A DNA stretch of 64,000 nt from assembly GCA_964452045.1 (NCBI GenBank), contig CAYVKM010000009.1, positions 2,925 through 66,924 of the forward strand. Reading direction: 5' to 3'. The notes under the pieces were generated by a model. The model was not told the origin of the DNA. It did no database searches and saw only the letters and a program-made list of their open reading frames with translations. Both the position numbers and the translations under genes were made by a program. Below are positions 37,388-47,397 of the stretch, in pieces. This DNA is from an uncultured Calditrichaceae bacterium (lineage in GTDB: Bacteria; Calditrichota; Calditrichia; RBG-13-44-9). Within the stretch, counting starts at the first letter, position 1. The number at the start of each line of letters is the position of its first letter.

Positions 37388-39637
37388 TTAATATTGAAAA
37401 CCCAGGGTTACATAATATCGTCGGTCCCTGAGTGCCAAACCACCGATATCGAATTTAGTATCCAAAATATTCCTGATACTGCCATTCACAAACAGTTTGG
37501 CTTTGTAGACTTCTATCATTTTGCTTAGATGAAAGTCAATATTTTGATATTCTGGTAAAGTAATTTCAGAGAGTACACCCGAATTCTGTCTGATCCATCC
37601 GGTTTGCTCACTTTCCCTGAAAGCAAAAATCTGCGCCGAATATCCGGCATGATCAAAATATACGGATACCGTTCTTTTAAAATCTGACTTAAATGGGAAC
37701 GCGGATTTTTCACTGATCGAATATTTTGAAATACCAACCTCAACCGACAATTTCTTATTCAGCAAAAAGACGGTTGGTTTTGCCTCAATTCCCGAAATTC
37801 CAGCAGTTTTTACATTATCATAAAAGGATATTGGTAAACCGGGGATATAATAAGTTCTGAATTTGTTTTCGTAGGAATTCTTAAAATAACTGACCTCAAT
37901 CTGCCAGCCATCCACATTGACCTTATTTTTAATTTCCCGGATTATCTTGAATCCAATGTCGAAACTACGATTAATCTCGGGTTCAAGCTTGGTCTGGTCG
38001 GATGGTAAATTGGTGATTAATCGTGGTGAACTGATTTGCTGAAGAAGGGTAGGAAATTTAATGTTAGTCCCATAATTCATAAAGGCATCAAAAGCAAATT
38101 TGCCCAATCCGCCGCCTAAATGCGTCGAAAATTTCCAGAGGAGTGCATCCCAGGAATTATTACCAAATATCCCCGTGGAATCCATACTACCGGAAGGATC
38201 TCTTAATTCTGCGGCCAACTGATCGTCTTTTACGTTATCGTACCTCACACTAAAATCAAAATCTGAAAAATCGACAAAATCACTACCAGTAGGTCCCTTA
38301 AATTTCGAAATAAAGGCAATCCCATGATGATCTCTTTGGATCTTTCCTTGCTCCAATCCCAATTGCGGTTCTGCTAAAGATCCCCGGTCATCAGTAAACT
38401 GGAGTTTGCCCCGCTGATACTGATAAGCCAGGCGCCATTCGAAATAATTATACTCTATGGCCTTGTCGAAATTTAGATGAATCGCCCGGTTTTCTATATC
38501 CCTCTCCAGTAAATTATAACCAGTCAAAAGAAATTCTGTCTCATCCAGCCACTGATAGGCTACAGAAAGTTTAACCTTGCTCAATTTATATAGAGTCCCA
38601 TCGAATTTTGCAGAGAGTAATTGATTATAATTTAAGATGCTTTCATTATCCCGGGTATCCTGATAGTCGAGCTTACTCCTTAGATAGAGCAAGCTGACCG
38701 ATGAAGGATTCTTATTTTCCGGATTTTTTGATAGATCATAAAGAACCGACGCGGTATGAAATTCCGATTTATTTACCAGGGCAAGGCTTGTAAAATCCGA
38801 ATATCTGCGGGTGGAGCCGCCTTTACGAATACTATAATTCAAATGTAATTTATTAAATCCGTAATTAACACCGGCATTCCAAATTCCGGAATCGTAACTC
38901 CCGAATTGTTGTTTGAAACGAATATTATAATCACGAAAAACTTTCGGAACAATATTGATCACCCCGGAAAATGCTTCCGGACCAAATATTGCTGTATTAC
39001 TGCCTTTTATAATTTCAAAACGATCCACATCATCCAGATCGATCAGGGCCAGATTAAATACATTATCATATAAATTGTTAAGCTTTATGCCGTCATATAG
39101 TACAAGGACTTCATCGGGATTGCCCCCACGGATCGCTGCAGTTTTTCTACCGCTGATTTCCTCTTCCACCTGTACACTCTGATCGGTTCGAAGCAGGTCA
39201 CCAGCATCAATAAATCCTTTAAGCTCAAACTGGCGGGCTTCATAAAGGGTAACCGTCTGGGGCAAATCTTTCTCGATTTCGATCTTTTCCCGAGTGGCTT
39301 CAACTTCAATTGCGGGAAGGGGAATGACTCGCTCGGTAAGATAGATGTTTGAATTTATTTGCAGATCGGCCACGCTTCGTTTTAGTGTATCATAGCCGAC
39401 ATGTTGAAAAACAAGTATTGTCTGGTCAGTCGCCCGCGGAATACGCAGAAGGAACTTTCCGGAAATGTTGGTAACCGTTCCAATATCCTGGTCCTCCACA
39501 TAAACATTTACTCCGCAAATTTCATAACGAGTGTTGATGTCTCTTACTTTGCCCTCCAGAACAACTCCCTGACCCAGCAGGAATCGGAAACAAATTAAAA
39601 GAGAAAGGAACAAATAGTGATACTTTACTGTTGACAT
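37388..39637 (-). CDS. TonB-dependent outer-membrane receptor
   Basis: Signal peptide, CarboxypepD-like N-domain, plug IRGG...VLVLYDG...VDRFEIIKG...AIFG..A.SGVINIV, LEPE motif, C-terminal aromatic beta-signal YVTLGFQY. Confidence 0.92.
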   Translation of the reverse strand: MSTVKYHYLFLSLLICFRFLLGQGVVLEGKVRDINTRYEICGVNVYVEDQDIGTVTNISGKFLLRIPRATDQTILVFQHVGYDTLKRSVADLQINSNIYLTERVIPLPAIEVEATREKIEIEKDLPQTVTLYEARQFELKGFIDAGDLLRTDQSVQVEEEISGRKTAAIRGGNPDEVLVLYDGIKLNNLYDNVFNLALIDLDDVDRFEIIKGSNTAIFGPEAFSGVINIVPKVFRDYNIRFKQQFGSYDSGIWNAGVNYGFNKLHLNYSIRKGGSTRRYSDFTSLALVNKSEFHTASVLYDLSKNPENKNPSSVSLLYLRSKLDYQDTRDNESILNYNQLLSAKFDGTLYKLSKVKLSVAYQWLDETEFLLTGYNLLERDIENRAIHLNFDKAIEYNYFEWRLAYQYQRGKLQFTDDRGSLAEPQLGLEQGKIQRDHHGIAFISKFKGPTGSDFVDFSDFDFSVRYDNVKDDQLAAELRDPSGSMDSTGIFGNNSWDALLWKFSTHLGGGLGKFAFDAFMNYGTNIKFPTLLQQISSPRLITNLPSDQTKLEPEINRSFDIGFKIIREIKNKVNVDGWQIEVSYFKNSYENKFRTYYIPGLPISFYDNVKTAGISGIEAKPTVFLLNKKLSVEVGISKYSISEKSAFPFKSDFKRTVSVYFDHAGYSAQIFAFRESEQTGWIRQNSGVLSEITLPEYQNIDFHLSKMIEVYKAKLFVNGSIRNILDTKFDIGGLALRDRRYYVTLGFQY

Positions 39638-39904
39638 GGTCGAGTTCCGTTGAACTCTAAATAAAGTTTTAGTAAACCTGCTATTCTATTTATTTTCAGT
39701 TAGGTGCTCAAATCACCTGTTTGGTACAAGATTAAAATTCAATTGATAAATTGCAACTAAAACTTATTATTGTATCAAAGAGGTATAATCTTTATATTTT
39801 TATATGTGATTAGAATATTTAACTTTCTCAAAATTCCCTACGAGATTTATTCATCGTTGTTACAATAATCAAATGAAAATAGAATAAAAAAATTGGAGGA
39901 TTCT

Positions 39905-40888
39905 ATGCAAGATAATATGCCATTTGATCTGAACAAATTCCGACCCCCTAACCTGAATTCTAAAATGATTCAGTGGATTGCCATCGGAATTGTTTTGCTC
40001 GTTTTAATTTTCACCTCATTCTTTACCATTGGGCCGGAAGAAGTCGGCGTCATATTACGGTTTGGTAAATTTGCCCGAATTGTCGATCCCGGCTTAAATT
40101 TTAAACTGCCTTTCGGTATTGAAACGCTGGACAAAGTTCCAGTAGAAAGGCAACTAAAACAGGAATTTGGTTTCAGAACCGCGGAACCGGGTGTAAGAAC
40201 GCAGTATGCCACTCGGGGTTACGAGGGCGAATCCCTAATGTTAACCGGGGATTTAAATGCGGCGGAAGTCGAATGGATTGTTCAGTTTAGGGTGGCTGAT
40301 CCATATAAATTTTTATTTAAGGTTCGCAATGCTGTTCAGACCTTCCGGGATATGAATGAAGCTGTAATGAGAGAAATAGTTGGCGACCGCAGCATAAATG
40401 AGGTATTGACTGTCGGCCGTGTGGAAATTGCGAATACAGTAACGGAAATGCTGCAGGAGTTATGTGATCAGTATGAAACAGGAATAAAAGTAGACCAGGT
40501 TGTTTTGCAGGATGTCAATCCTCCCGATCCGGTAAAGCCTGCCTTTAACGAGGTCAATGAGGCCCAGCAAGAAAGGGAAAAACTTATCAACCAGGCGAAA
40601 TCCGAATATAACAAGGTAATTCCAAAAGCCCGCGGAGATGCAGACCGAATAATTGAGGAAGCAAAAGGTTATGCGGTTAAAAGAGTAAATGAAGCCAAGG
40701 GAGATGCTTCCAGATTCACTTCTGTTTTCAGGGAATATCAGAAAGCTCCGGAGGTAACCAGACAAAGAATTTACCTGGAAACAATGAATGATATATTACC
40801 AAAGGTGGGCAGAAAATTAGTGACCGACGAAAAAAGTGCGGGAATATTACCGCTGTTTAATCTAAGCAAGGAGGGCCCACAACAATGA
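39905..40888 (+). CDS. hflK: FtsH protease modulator HflK
   Basis: TM anchor, GV.LRFGK, MLTGD.N, VNPP..V..AF.EV, YQKAPEVTRQRIYLETM; ATG 39905 after GGAGG. Confidence 0.95.
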   Translation: MQDNMPFDLNKFRPPNLNSKMIQWIAIGIVLLVLIFTSFFTIGPEEVGVILRFGKFARIVDPGLNFKLPFGIETLDKVPVERQLKQEFGFRTAEPGVRTQYATRGYEGESLMLTGDLNAAEVEWIVQFRVADPYKFLFKVRNAVQTFRDMNEAVMREIVGDRSINEVLTVGRVEIANTVTEMLQELCDQYETGIKVDQVVLQDVNPPDPVKPAFNEVNEAQQEREKLINQAKSEYNKVIPKARGDADRIIEEAKGYAVKRVNEAKGDASRFTSVFREYQKAPEVTRQRIYLETMNDILPKVGRKLVTDEKSAGILPLFNLSKEGPQQ

Positions 40889-41838
40889 AACAATTAACTT
40901 TAATTTTTATAATAGTCGCTGCATTCGTTGCACTCGTGTTAGTTTTATCGTCCGTGTTTATTGTAAATGAGACAGAACAGGTTATTATTACGCGTTTTGG
41001 TAAACCGGTGAGAGATCCCATCGTGACTCCCGGTATTCACATAAAGTACCCATTCATTGAACAGGCAAATTTTTTCGATAAAAGATTTCTGGAGTGGGAT
41101 GGGGATCCCAATCAGATTCCCACCAAAGATAAAAGATTTATCTGGGTCGATACCTATGCACGGTGGCGTATTACCGATCCCCTGCTCTTTTTCCAGCGCT
41201 TACGTGACGAAAGGGGTGCACAATCTCGCCTGGATGATATTCTGGACGGTGAAACCAGAAACGCTGTGGCTGGGCATGATCTGGTAGAAATTATCCGCTC
41301 TACCAACAGAAAGCTGGAAATTAGTGAAGTAATGGAAGAAATCCTGGAATCCGAACTGGATTTTAAAATCAAGTATGGCCGCGATCAAATCACTAAACTG
41401 ATTGTTGAAGCTGTTTCACCCAAATTGAACGAACTCGGTATTGAATTGCTGGATCTTCGATTTAAACGGATTAATTATGTGGAGGAAGTGCAGCAGAAAA
41501 TCTATGAAAGGATGAGCGCCGAACGGAAAAGAATAGCCGATAAATACCGGTCGGAGGGTCAGGGAGAGGCCGCAAAAATTTTGGGAGATAAAGAACGGGA
41601 TCTAAAACAGATCGAATCAGAAGCGTACCGTACTGCCCAGGAAATTAAGGGTAAAGCCGATGCCGAGGCAACAGCTATTTATGCTAAAGCCTACAATCAA
41701 AATCAATCTTCCCGGGATTTTTATAAATTTATCAAAACCATGGAGACCTATCAGACCACTCTTTCCGAGAAGGACTGGCTTATTTTATCGACTGAAGGTG
41801 ATTTCTTTAAATATTTGCAGAAACAATCCGGACGATAG
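40885..41838 (+). CDS. hflC: FtsH protease modulator HflC
   Basis: VNETEQVIITRFGKP, TKDK..I.VD.YARWRI.DP, RM.AER.RIA..YRSEG; ATGA overlap with hflK. Confidence 0.95.
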   Translation: MKQLTLIFIIVAAFVALVLVLSSVFIVNETEQVIITRFGKPVRDPIVTPGIHIKYPFIEQANFFDKRFLEWDGDPNQIPTKDKRFIWVDTYARWRITDPLLFFQRLRDERGAQSRLDDILDGETRNAVAGHDLVEIIRSTNRKLEISEVMEEILESELDFKIKYGRDQITKLIVEAVSPKLNELGIELLDLRFKRINYVEEVQQKIYERMSAERKRIADKYRSEGQGEAAKILGDKERDLKQIESEAYRTAQEIKGKADAEATAIYAKAYNQNQSSRDFYKFIKTMETYQTTLSEKDWLILSTEGDFFKYLQKQSGR

Positions 41839-41860
41839 CTTATTCTGCTGAACCATAAAC

Positions 41861-41894
41861 AAAAAGCCGGTAAAAGTTTTTACCGGCTTTTTTT
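41861..41894. terminator. Bidirectional intrinsic terminator between hflC and osmC-like gene
   Basis: AAAAAGCCGGTAAA-AGTT-TTTACCGGCTTTTT. Confidence 0.88.
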
Positions 41895-41918
41895 ATTACC
41901 TCTCACCAATGAATAAAT

Positions 41919-42335
41919 TTATTCTGAAACTGCCTGCGTTTCAGTTACGTTGGTAAAAACATCAAATTCAGGTGGATTTTCAAAATGTTTTTTCACAGCA
42001 CACTGATCTGCCGCTCTAACTAGGGCAGCGTGATACTTCTCCGGAAAATCTGTGGGTACCTGAATTTCCAGTTCCACTTTACCCACCAAACCAGTAAACG
42101 GGTTCGACCTCATTCTCTGAATTATTCGAATTCCTTCGGTAGGAAGTCCCCGTTGTTTGCAAAATCCAAGAATATAAATGCCGGCACATGTCCCAATTGA
42201 TGCCAGAAAGGTAGCAAAAGGAGTTGGGGAAATCCCTGGTTTACCATTCATATCAGGCTGATCTGTTTGAACCTTGTGAGGCCCAAAATGAGCGTCAACT
42301 CTTAATCCTTCCGGAAAATCAATAATCATATCCAT
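41919..42335 (-). CDS. OsmC family protein
   Basis: TDQP, P.PF..FLASIGTCAG, QCAVKKH (two conserved Cys). Confidence 0.88.
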   Translation of the reverse strand: MDMIIDFPEGLRVDAHFGPHKVQTDQPDMNGKPGISPTPFATFLASIGTCAGIYILGFCKQRGLPTEGIRIIQRMRSNPFTGLVGKVELEIQVPTDFPEKYHAALVRAADQCAVKKHFENPPEFDVFTNVTETQAVSE

Positions 42336-42467
42336 TTAAACACTTCTCCTATGTAACAAGGTTATATATTTTCAACTTATTACCAAATTGTTAATATAGA
42401 TGTTTCCACCATATAAAAGTTACAGAGACTGAAATTTAGGGTTATAGGAGAGTAGGAAGGCAAAATT

Positions 42468-43574
42468 CTAGTTTAATAATTTTCGTTCTAACTGAAATTC
42501 AAGATAAGATTCAATCTGATTTATCATCTTATCTAGTGAAAGATTTTCTAAAATGTACTTCCGGGCATTCTGACCAATTTCCTGGCATAATTGAGGATTT
42601 TTCAGCAATTCTACGGCCTTCAAGAACATTTCCTGCTGATTATCTGGTTGGGTAATAAAACCGGTTTTATCTGTTTCGATTAATTCGCCTACTCCACCAA
42701 CGTTAAAAGCGACCACTGTTTTAGCGGAAAGCATGGCCTCCATCACCACATTTGGAAAACCCTCTTCCTCGGAAGTTAATAATACCACATCGCAAACTGC
42801 ATAGAGTGGAAACGGATTTGACAGGTGACTGATAAAAATTACCTCATTTTCCAGTCCCAATTCTTTAACCCTGATTTCCAGTTCCTGCTTCAGAGGTCCG
42901 TCTCCGATAATCAGAAATTTAACCTGAGGTATTTCATTTTTCATCCTATGGGCAATTTCCAGAAAAATATGATGTTGTTTCTGTTTGACTAACCTGCCAA
43001 AAATACCGATAAATTTACATTCTTCCGGAAGATTGTATTCCCGAATTACTTGATCCCGCGGATAATCAACTTTTTGACTGGTATCGATGCCATTATGGAT
43101 CACTTTGATAAAATCATCAGATAACCAGCCATAAGATAAATACCGGTTCTTAATGGCGTTGGTATTTGTGATGATGCCATCCACCAGCCGGGTGTATGTG
43201 AGCCGGTACCGCCAATTATTTTGCAGAATAGGTAAACCGTTTCGGGCCAGTAATATTTGGACCGGAGAGCATTTGGCTGCCAGAACAGATAGCCGGATAT
43301 CCTTGTTAAAGTTCGCAATAATTATATTTATAGAGTTCTTTCTAAAGTATTTCGTTAACTTAAAAATATTAATTAAACCAAAATCTCCTTTAATGGATAG
43401 TCCAAATATGGGAAAATTATTTTCCGAGCATACACTCAGAAACTTGGAACCTTTTCTGCCACCAAAATAAACATGATGTCCACGGGATCTTAAACCGATC
43501 GCAGACATCAGCATCCATTTTTCTCCACCTCCCCAGGTGGTCTCACCTATGCTATTGATAAAAAAAATATTCAT
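42468..43574 (-). CDS. GT4 glycosyltransferase (LPS/cell-envelope)
   Basis: WGGGEKW, IHNGID, GRLVKQK, IGDGPL, S.EEGFPNVVMEAM. Confidence 0.9.
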   Translation of the reverse strand: MNIFFINSIGETTWGGGEKWMLMSAIGLRSRGHHVYFGGRKGSKFLSVCSENNFPIFGLSIKGDFGLINIFKLTKYFRKNSINIIIANFNKDIRLSVLAAKCSPVQILLARNGLPILQNNWRYRLTYTRLVDGIITNTNAIKNRYLSYGWLSDDFIKVIHNGIDTSQKVDYPRDQVIREYNLPEECKFIGIFGRLVKQKQHHIFLEIAHRMKNEIPQVKFLIIGDGPLKQELEIRVKELGLENEVIFISHLSNPFPLYAVCDVVLLTSEEEGFPNVVMEAMLSAKTVVAFNVGGVGELIETDKTGFITQPDNQQEMFLKAVELLKNPQLCQEIGQNARKYILENLSLDKMINQIESYLEFQLERKLLN

Positions 43575-43577
43575 TAT

Positions 43578-45449
43578 CTATATGGCAAACTGGAGTTCGT
43601 AGAGATGCCGGTATCGATCCGAGCGCTGGATCAGTTCGGTATGAGTTCCAATATCCAAAATCTTACCTTCATCCAACAGAATTATTTTATCTGCATTAAT
43701 AACCGAGGAAAGGCGATGAGCAATAATCAAAACAGTCCGATCCTTCATCAGATTCTCGATGGCTTCCTGGATAAGGTGTTCTGCTTCCGAATCCAGCGAA
43801 GAAGTGGCTTCATCAAATATAAGAATTGCTGGATTTTTTAATATCGCCCGTGCAATGGATAAACGCTGTCGTTGGCCACCGGAGAGTCTGGTACCTCTTT
43901 CCCCGATAATTGTCTCATAACCTTTGGGCATTTGTTGGATGAATTCAGAGGCATTTGCTAATTTTGCAGCCCATTCAATTTGTTCCAGGGTGTAATCTGC
44001 CCTTCCATAGGCAATATTATTGGCAACCGTTTCATTAAAGAGGATAACTTCCTGGGTAACAATCCCCATCAATCCCCGCAGATCCTGTAATTTCAAATCT
44101 CGGATATCCAGGTCATCAATTAGAATCGCACCCTTTTCAATATCATAAAAGCGGGGTAATAAATTAACCAGCGTAGTTTTACCGGCACCACTGCTTCCCA
44201 CCAGGGCAATTTTCTCATTTTTAATTACTTCCAGATTTATGCCATTAAGGACCCATCCTTCGTCCGCATCATATCTGAAATAAACATCCCGATAGGCAAT
44301 AATCCGGTCAAAGTTTTTCTTCTCCCTGGCATCGGGTTTATCTGTAATGACATTTGGGGTATCCAGGATATCAAAAATTCTTTTACCGGAAGCCAGGGCA
44401 GTTTGAACATTGTTGTTGAGTTCACCCAGACTTTTAATTGGCTCCATTATGGAAAACAGGATGACAATGAATCGAATAAAATCCTCCGGATCCAGGAGAT
44501 CCCCGGAAAGAACCAAGCGACCGCCAAACCATAATACACTCACCATAATACCTATACCAAGCGTCTCGGAAAGGGGTGAGGACAATCTATTTAATCGTAC
44601 TTGTCTCAATACTGCTTTAAAATGTTTAAGCGTTCGATTCTCAAATTTTTTTCTCTCAAATTCTTCCATGGAAAAGGCTTTGACGACTCTGATACCGGAA
44701 ATCGTTTCCTGCAGGACCGTGGTGATCTCTGCGATCCTTTCCTGTACCCTCCGGCTTTTTCTTTTCAGACTCTGACCGATTCGCTGAATTAGCACACCAC
44801 TCACCGGAACAACAATTAACGCTACCAGGGTTAATCGCCAGCTTATACTTACCAAAAGGGATAAAAAGATGATAATGACAATCGGATCCCTGATTATTTT
44901 GGTAAAACTTCGGTTAACCGCGACATTGAGGGAGTTGATATCATTGGTAATCCGGGACATCAGATTACCCGTCTCATAACGCTGGAAGAAACTGAACGGT
45001 TGCAGGAGAATATGGCCGTAGACCTGGTCCCGTAAATCTTTAATCACTCTCTGTTCAACAAAACTCACCCAGAACGCTTCTAAGAAGCTGAAGGTATTCT
45101 TTAAGAAGAAAGTGATAAAAATAATAACACACAACACCTGAAGCGCTTTTAACCGGTTATCCTGGGGGATAAAATGCTCGGTTTTGGATTTCAACCATTT
45201 ATTGAGGTTTAGTATGCTAGTATTCTGCTCTTCTTCCGGTGGTTGAATTTGCTGTTCGACCGCCGGTTTACCAGACTCAAAAAGCGTACTGATGAAAGGG
45301 GCAACCATCCAAATGGATAAGGTATTAAAAATTACATAAAGAAAGTTAAGCGTTAGTATGACCAGCAACAGGAAAGCATAAGGCCGGAGATATCCCAGGA
45401 TCCTCAGATAGAGTTTAAGACTTTTTTCGTCAGATTTCTTTTTCATCAA
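43578..45449 (-). CDS. msbA: MsbA-like ABC exporter (permease + ATPase)
   Basis: 6-TM domain, GSSGAGKT, LSGGQRQR, IFDEATSSLD, IAHRLS; flanked by two GT4 genes. Confidence 0.8.
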   Translation of the reverse strand: MMKKKSDEKSLKLYLRILGYLRPYAFLLLVILTLNFLYVIFNTLSIWMVAPFISTLFESGKPAVEQQIQPPEEEQNTSILNLNKWLKSKTEHFIPQDNRLKALQVLCVIIFITFFLKNTFSFLEAFWVSFVEQRVIKDLRDQVYGHILLQPFSFFQRYETGNLMSRITNDINSLNVAVNRSFTKIIRDPIVIIIFLSLLVSISWRLTLVALIVVPVSGVLIQRIGQSLKRKSRRVQERIAEITTVLQETISGIRVVKAFSMEEFERKKFENRTLKHFKAVLRQVRLNRLSSPLSETLGIGIMVSVLWFGGRLVLSGDLLDPEDFIRFIVILFSIMEPIKSLGELNNNVQTALASGKRIFDILDTPNVITDKPDAREKKNFDRIIAYRDVYFRYDADEGWVLNGINLEVIKNEKIALVGSSGAGKTTLVNLLPRFYDIEKGAILIDDLDIRDLKLQDLRGLMGIVTQEVILFNETVANNIAYGRADYTLEQIEWAAKLANASEFIQQMPKGYETIIGERGTRLSGGQRQRLSIARAILKNPAILIFDEATSSLDSEAEHLIQEAIENLMKDRTVLIIAHRLSSVINADKIILLDEGKILDIGTHTELIQRSDRYRHLYELQFAI

Positions 45450-46548
45450 TTAAATCCGCTAGCAGAACTTCCAATTGATCGGCCATTGACCGGAGGCTGA
45501 ACCTGCTTTTAACCAACTTAAAAGCATCATCCCTTAATTTGTATCGAAGTTCGGCATTTTTCAAGAGCGATTCCATTGATTTCATAATTACCTGCTCATT
45601 CAGCCGATTTACCAATATACCATTTTCCATATGAGTGATTATTTCGCCAGCACCAGCCACATCACTTATGATTACCGGAACGCCGTTGGCCATAGCTTCC
45701 AAGGCTACATTTGGGAAACCCTCATTTTCTGATAACAATACCAATGCATCGGCTTGAGATAACAATTCCGGTACATCCCTTCTCTGTCCCCAAAATTTAA
45801 CCTCATCCTGAAGATTGAGTTTTTGCGTTAGAATTTTCAGAGATTCCTGTTCCGACCCTTCCCCTACAATCCACAATTGTAGATAAATATGTTTTGTTTT
45901 CTCCTTTACATTACTAAATATCTCCAGCAGTCTATCCGCATTTTTCCTTTGGATCAGACTGCCGACATATATAAAAGTAAAGGGATCCGGATTTTTGCGA
46001 AATTCAGGAAGTTGAGCAGGAATTTTTACCCCGTTATAGATAATATTAATTTTCCGGGTTGGTATAAATTCACTTTTTGCCAATGTTTCCTGAATCGCCT
46101 TCGCATTCACCAGTATTCGGTCAGCCCATTTTCCATAAAGATTTCTGTTCTTCCATTTCTTTTTAATGGGACGATCAATTCCCAATCTTATGATGCTTTT
46201 CCGATGAGCCAGCCTGGCTGCAATCGTCCCTAACCAGTATTCTTTTACTTTGGTGGGAATAACAACCTGAATACCCTCTTTTTTTATAAATCGAACCAAA
46301 GATAATACACTAAGAAAATCGGCATCGTTTTTCAGCGGAAAGTAAACGGTTTTTAGTCCCACTGTTTCAGCATAATCCCGTATAATCCCGTACCGGTAAC
46401 CCACAAAAACCTGATGACCACATAATTTTAGTTCTTTTGCAGCATTGATCGTCCATCTTTCGGTTCCGCCAAAAATTGCAGAAGAATTAAGGAACAAAAT
46501 TTGATGTTTTGTCTTCGAATCTTTGGATTTTTTTCTTGGCATATTCAA
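45430..46548 (-). CDS. GT4 glycosyltransferase
   Basis: FGGTERW, IYNGV, VGSLIQRK, VGEG, S.NEGFPNVALEAM. Confidence 0.9.
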   Translation of the reverse strand: MNMPRKKSKDSKTKHQILFLNSSAIFGGTERWTINAAKELKLCGHQVFVGYRYGIIRDYAETVGLKTVYFPLKNDADFLSVLSLVRFIKKEGIQVVIPTKVKEYWLGTIAARLAHRKSIIRLGIDRPIKKKWKNRNLYGKWADRILVNAKAIQETLAKSEFIPTRKINIIYNGVKIPAQLPEFRKNPDPFTFIYVGSLIQRKNADRLLEIFSNVKEKTKHIYLQLWIVGEGSEQESLKILTQKLNLQDEVKFWGQRRDVPELLSQADALVLLSENEGFPNVALEAMANGVPVIISDVAGAGEIITHMENGILVNRLNEQVIMKSMESLLKNAELRYKLRDDAFKLVKSRFSLRSMADQLEVLLADLIDEKEI

Positions 46549-46605
46549 TGACTTAATACCCGAATCCTTATTCTGGCAGGACGTCTTAAGGTAGAGTAAA
46601 AAGTT

Positions 46606-47394
46606 TTAACTGGAAATCCGGATTAGATCCATCAGGATCTCATTAAACTGTTCGGTTTGTTCAATATTGCTTAAATGGGCCGAATCCAATATTGTTAATT
46701 GAGAACCGGGAATTAATTCGCTCATTTTTTCAGCATCCTGGACCTTGATGAGCTCATCATGCCTTCCGGTGATTATGGAGACCGGAAATTTAATTGCTTT
46801 CAATACGTCGGTCGAATCCGGCCGGTTGGCCATGGCGAGCTGTGCCTGGATAACCCCGGCCACCGTGCTTTCCATCATCAAATCTTTAATTTCCTCTACT
46901 CTGTCCGGGAATTTTTTTCGGAAGTCCGGTTTGAAAAACTTATCCAGGTGACTTGAGATCAACGGACCCAAATCCATTTCTCTTTTTAATTCTTCTACCA
47001 TTTTAGATCGTCTCTGTTTGCCCGCATCATCATCGGCTGTTGCCCGGGTATTGGAAAGCAATAAACCGGCAAAACACTCGGAGTGATATCTGAAAAGGGT
47101 TAATGCTACATAACCACCCATACTTAAACCCACAAATATGGCTTTATCAATACCCAGCGAATGCAGGATCTGATGTGTCAAATCTGCATAGTCTTTCATA
47201 CTGATTTCGGATTTGATCAATTTACTCCCCCCGAATCCCGGATAGTCAAATGTTACAGTATTAAATCCCTTATTCTGTAGAAATTCGGTTTGCGGCTGCC
47301 ACATTCGGGAATTGACCGGGAAGGCATGTAAAAAAACAATGAGCGGTTTCGCACAACGGATATTGGTTTTAATATCACATTGAAATTGTAACAT
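46606..47394 (-). CDS. Alpha/beta hydrolase (enol-lactonase/MhpC-like)
   Basis: LHAFP oxyanion motif, GLSMGG nucleophile elbow, GRHD acid, SAHLSN His. Confidence 0.9.
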   Translation of the reverse strand: MLQFQCDIKTNIRCAKPLIVFLHAFPVNSRMWQPQTEFLQNKGFNTVTFDYPGFGGSKLIKSEISMKDYADLTHQILHSLGIDKAIFVGLSMGGYVALTLFRYHSECFAGLLLSNTRATADDDAGKQRRSKMVEELKREMDLGPLISSHLDKFFKPDFRKKFPDRVEEIKDLMMESTVAGVIQAQLAMANRPDSTDVLKAIKFPVSIITGRHDELIKVQDAEKMSELIPGSQLTILDSAHLSNIEQTEQFNEILMDLIRISS

Positions 47395-47397
47395 GAT

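Noticed and set aside
39638-39892. Cobalamin riboswitch upstream of the TonB receptor
   Set aside because: An AGGTGC occurs only on the wrong strand, no GGGAA/B12-box core is visible, and the region is very AT-rich.
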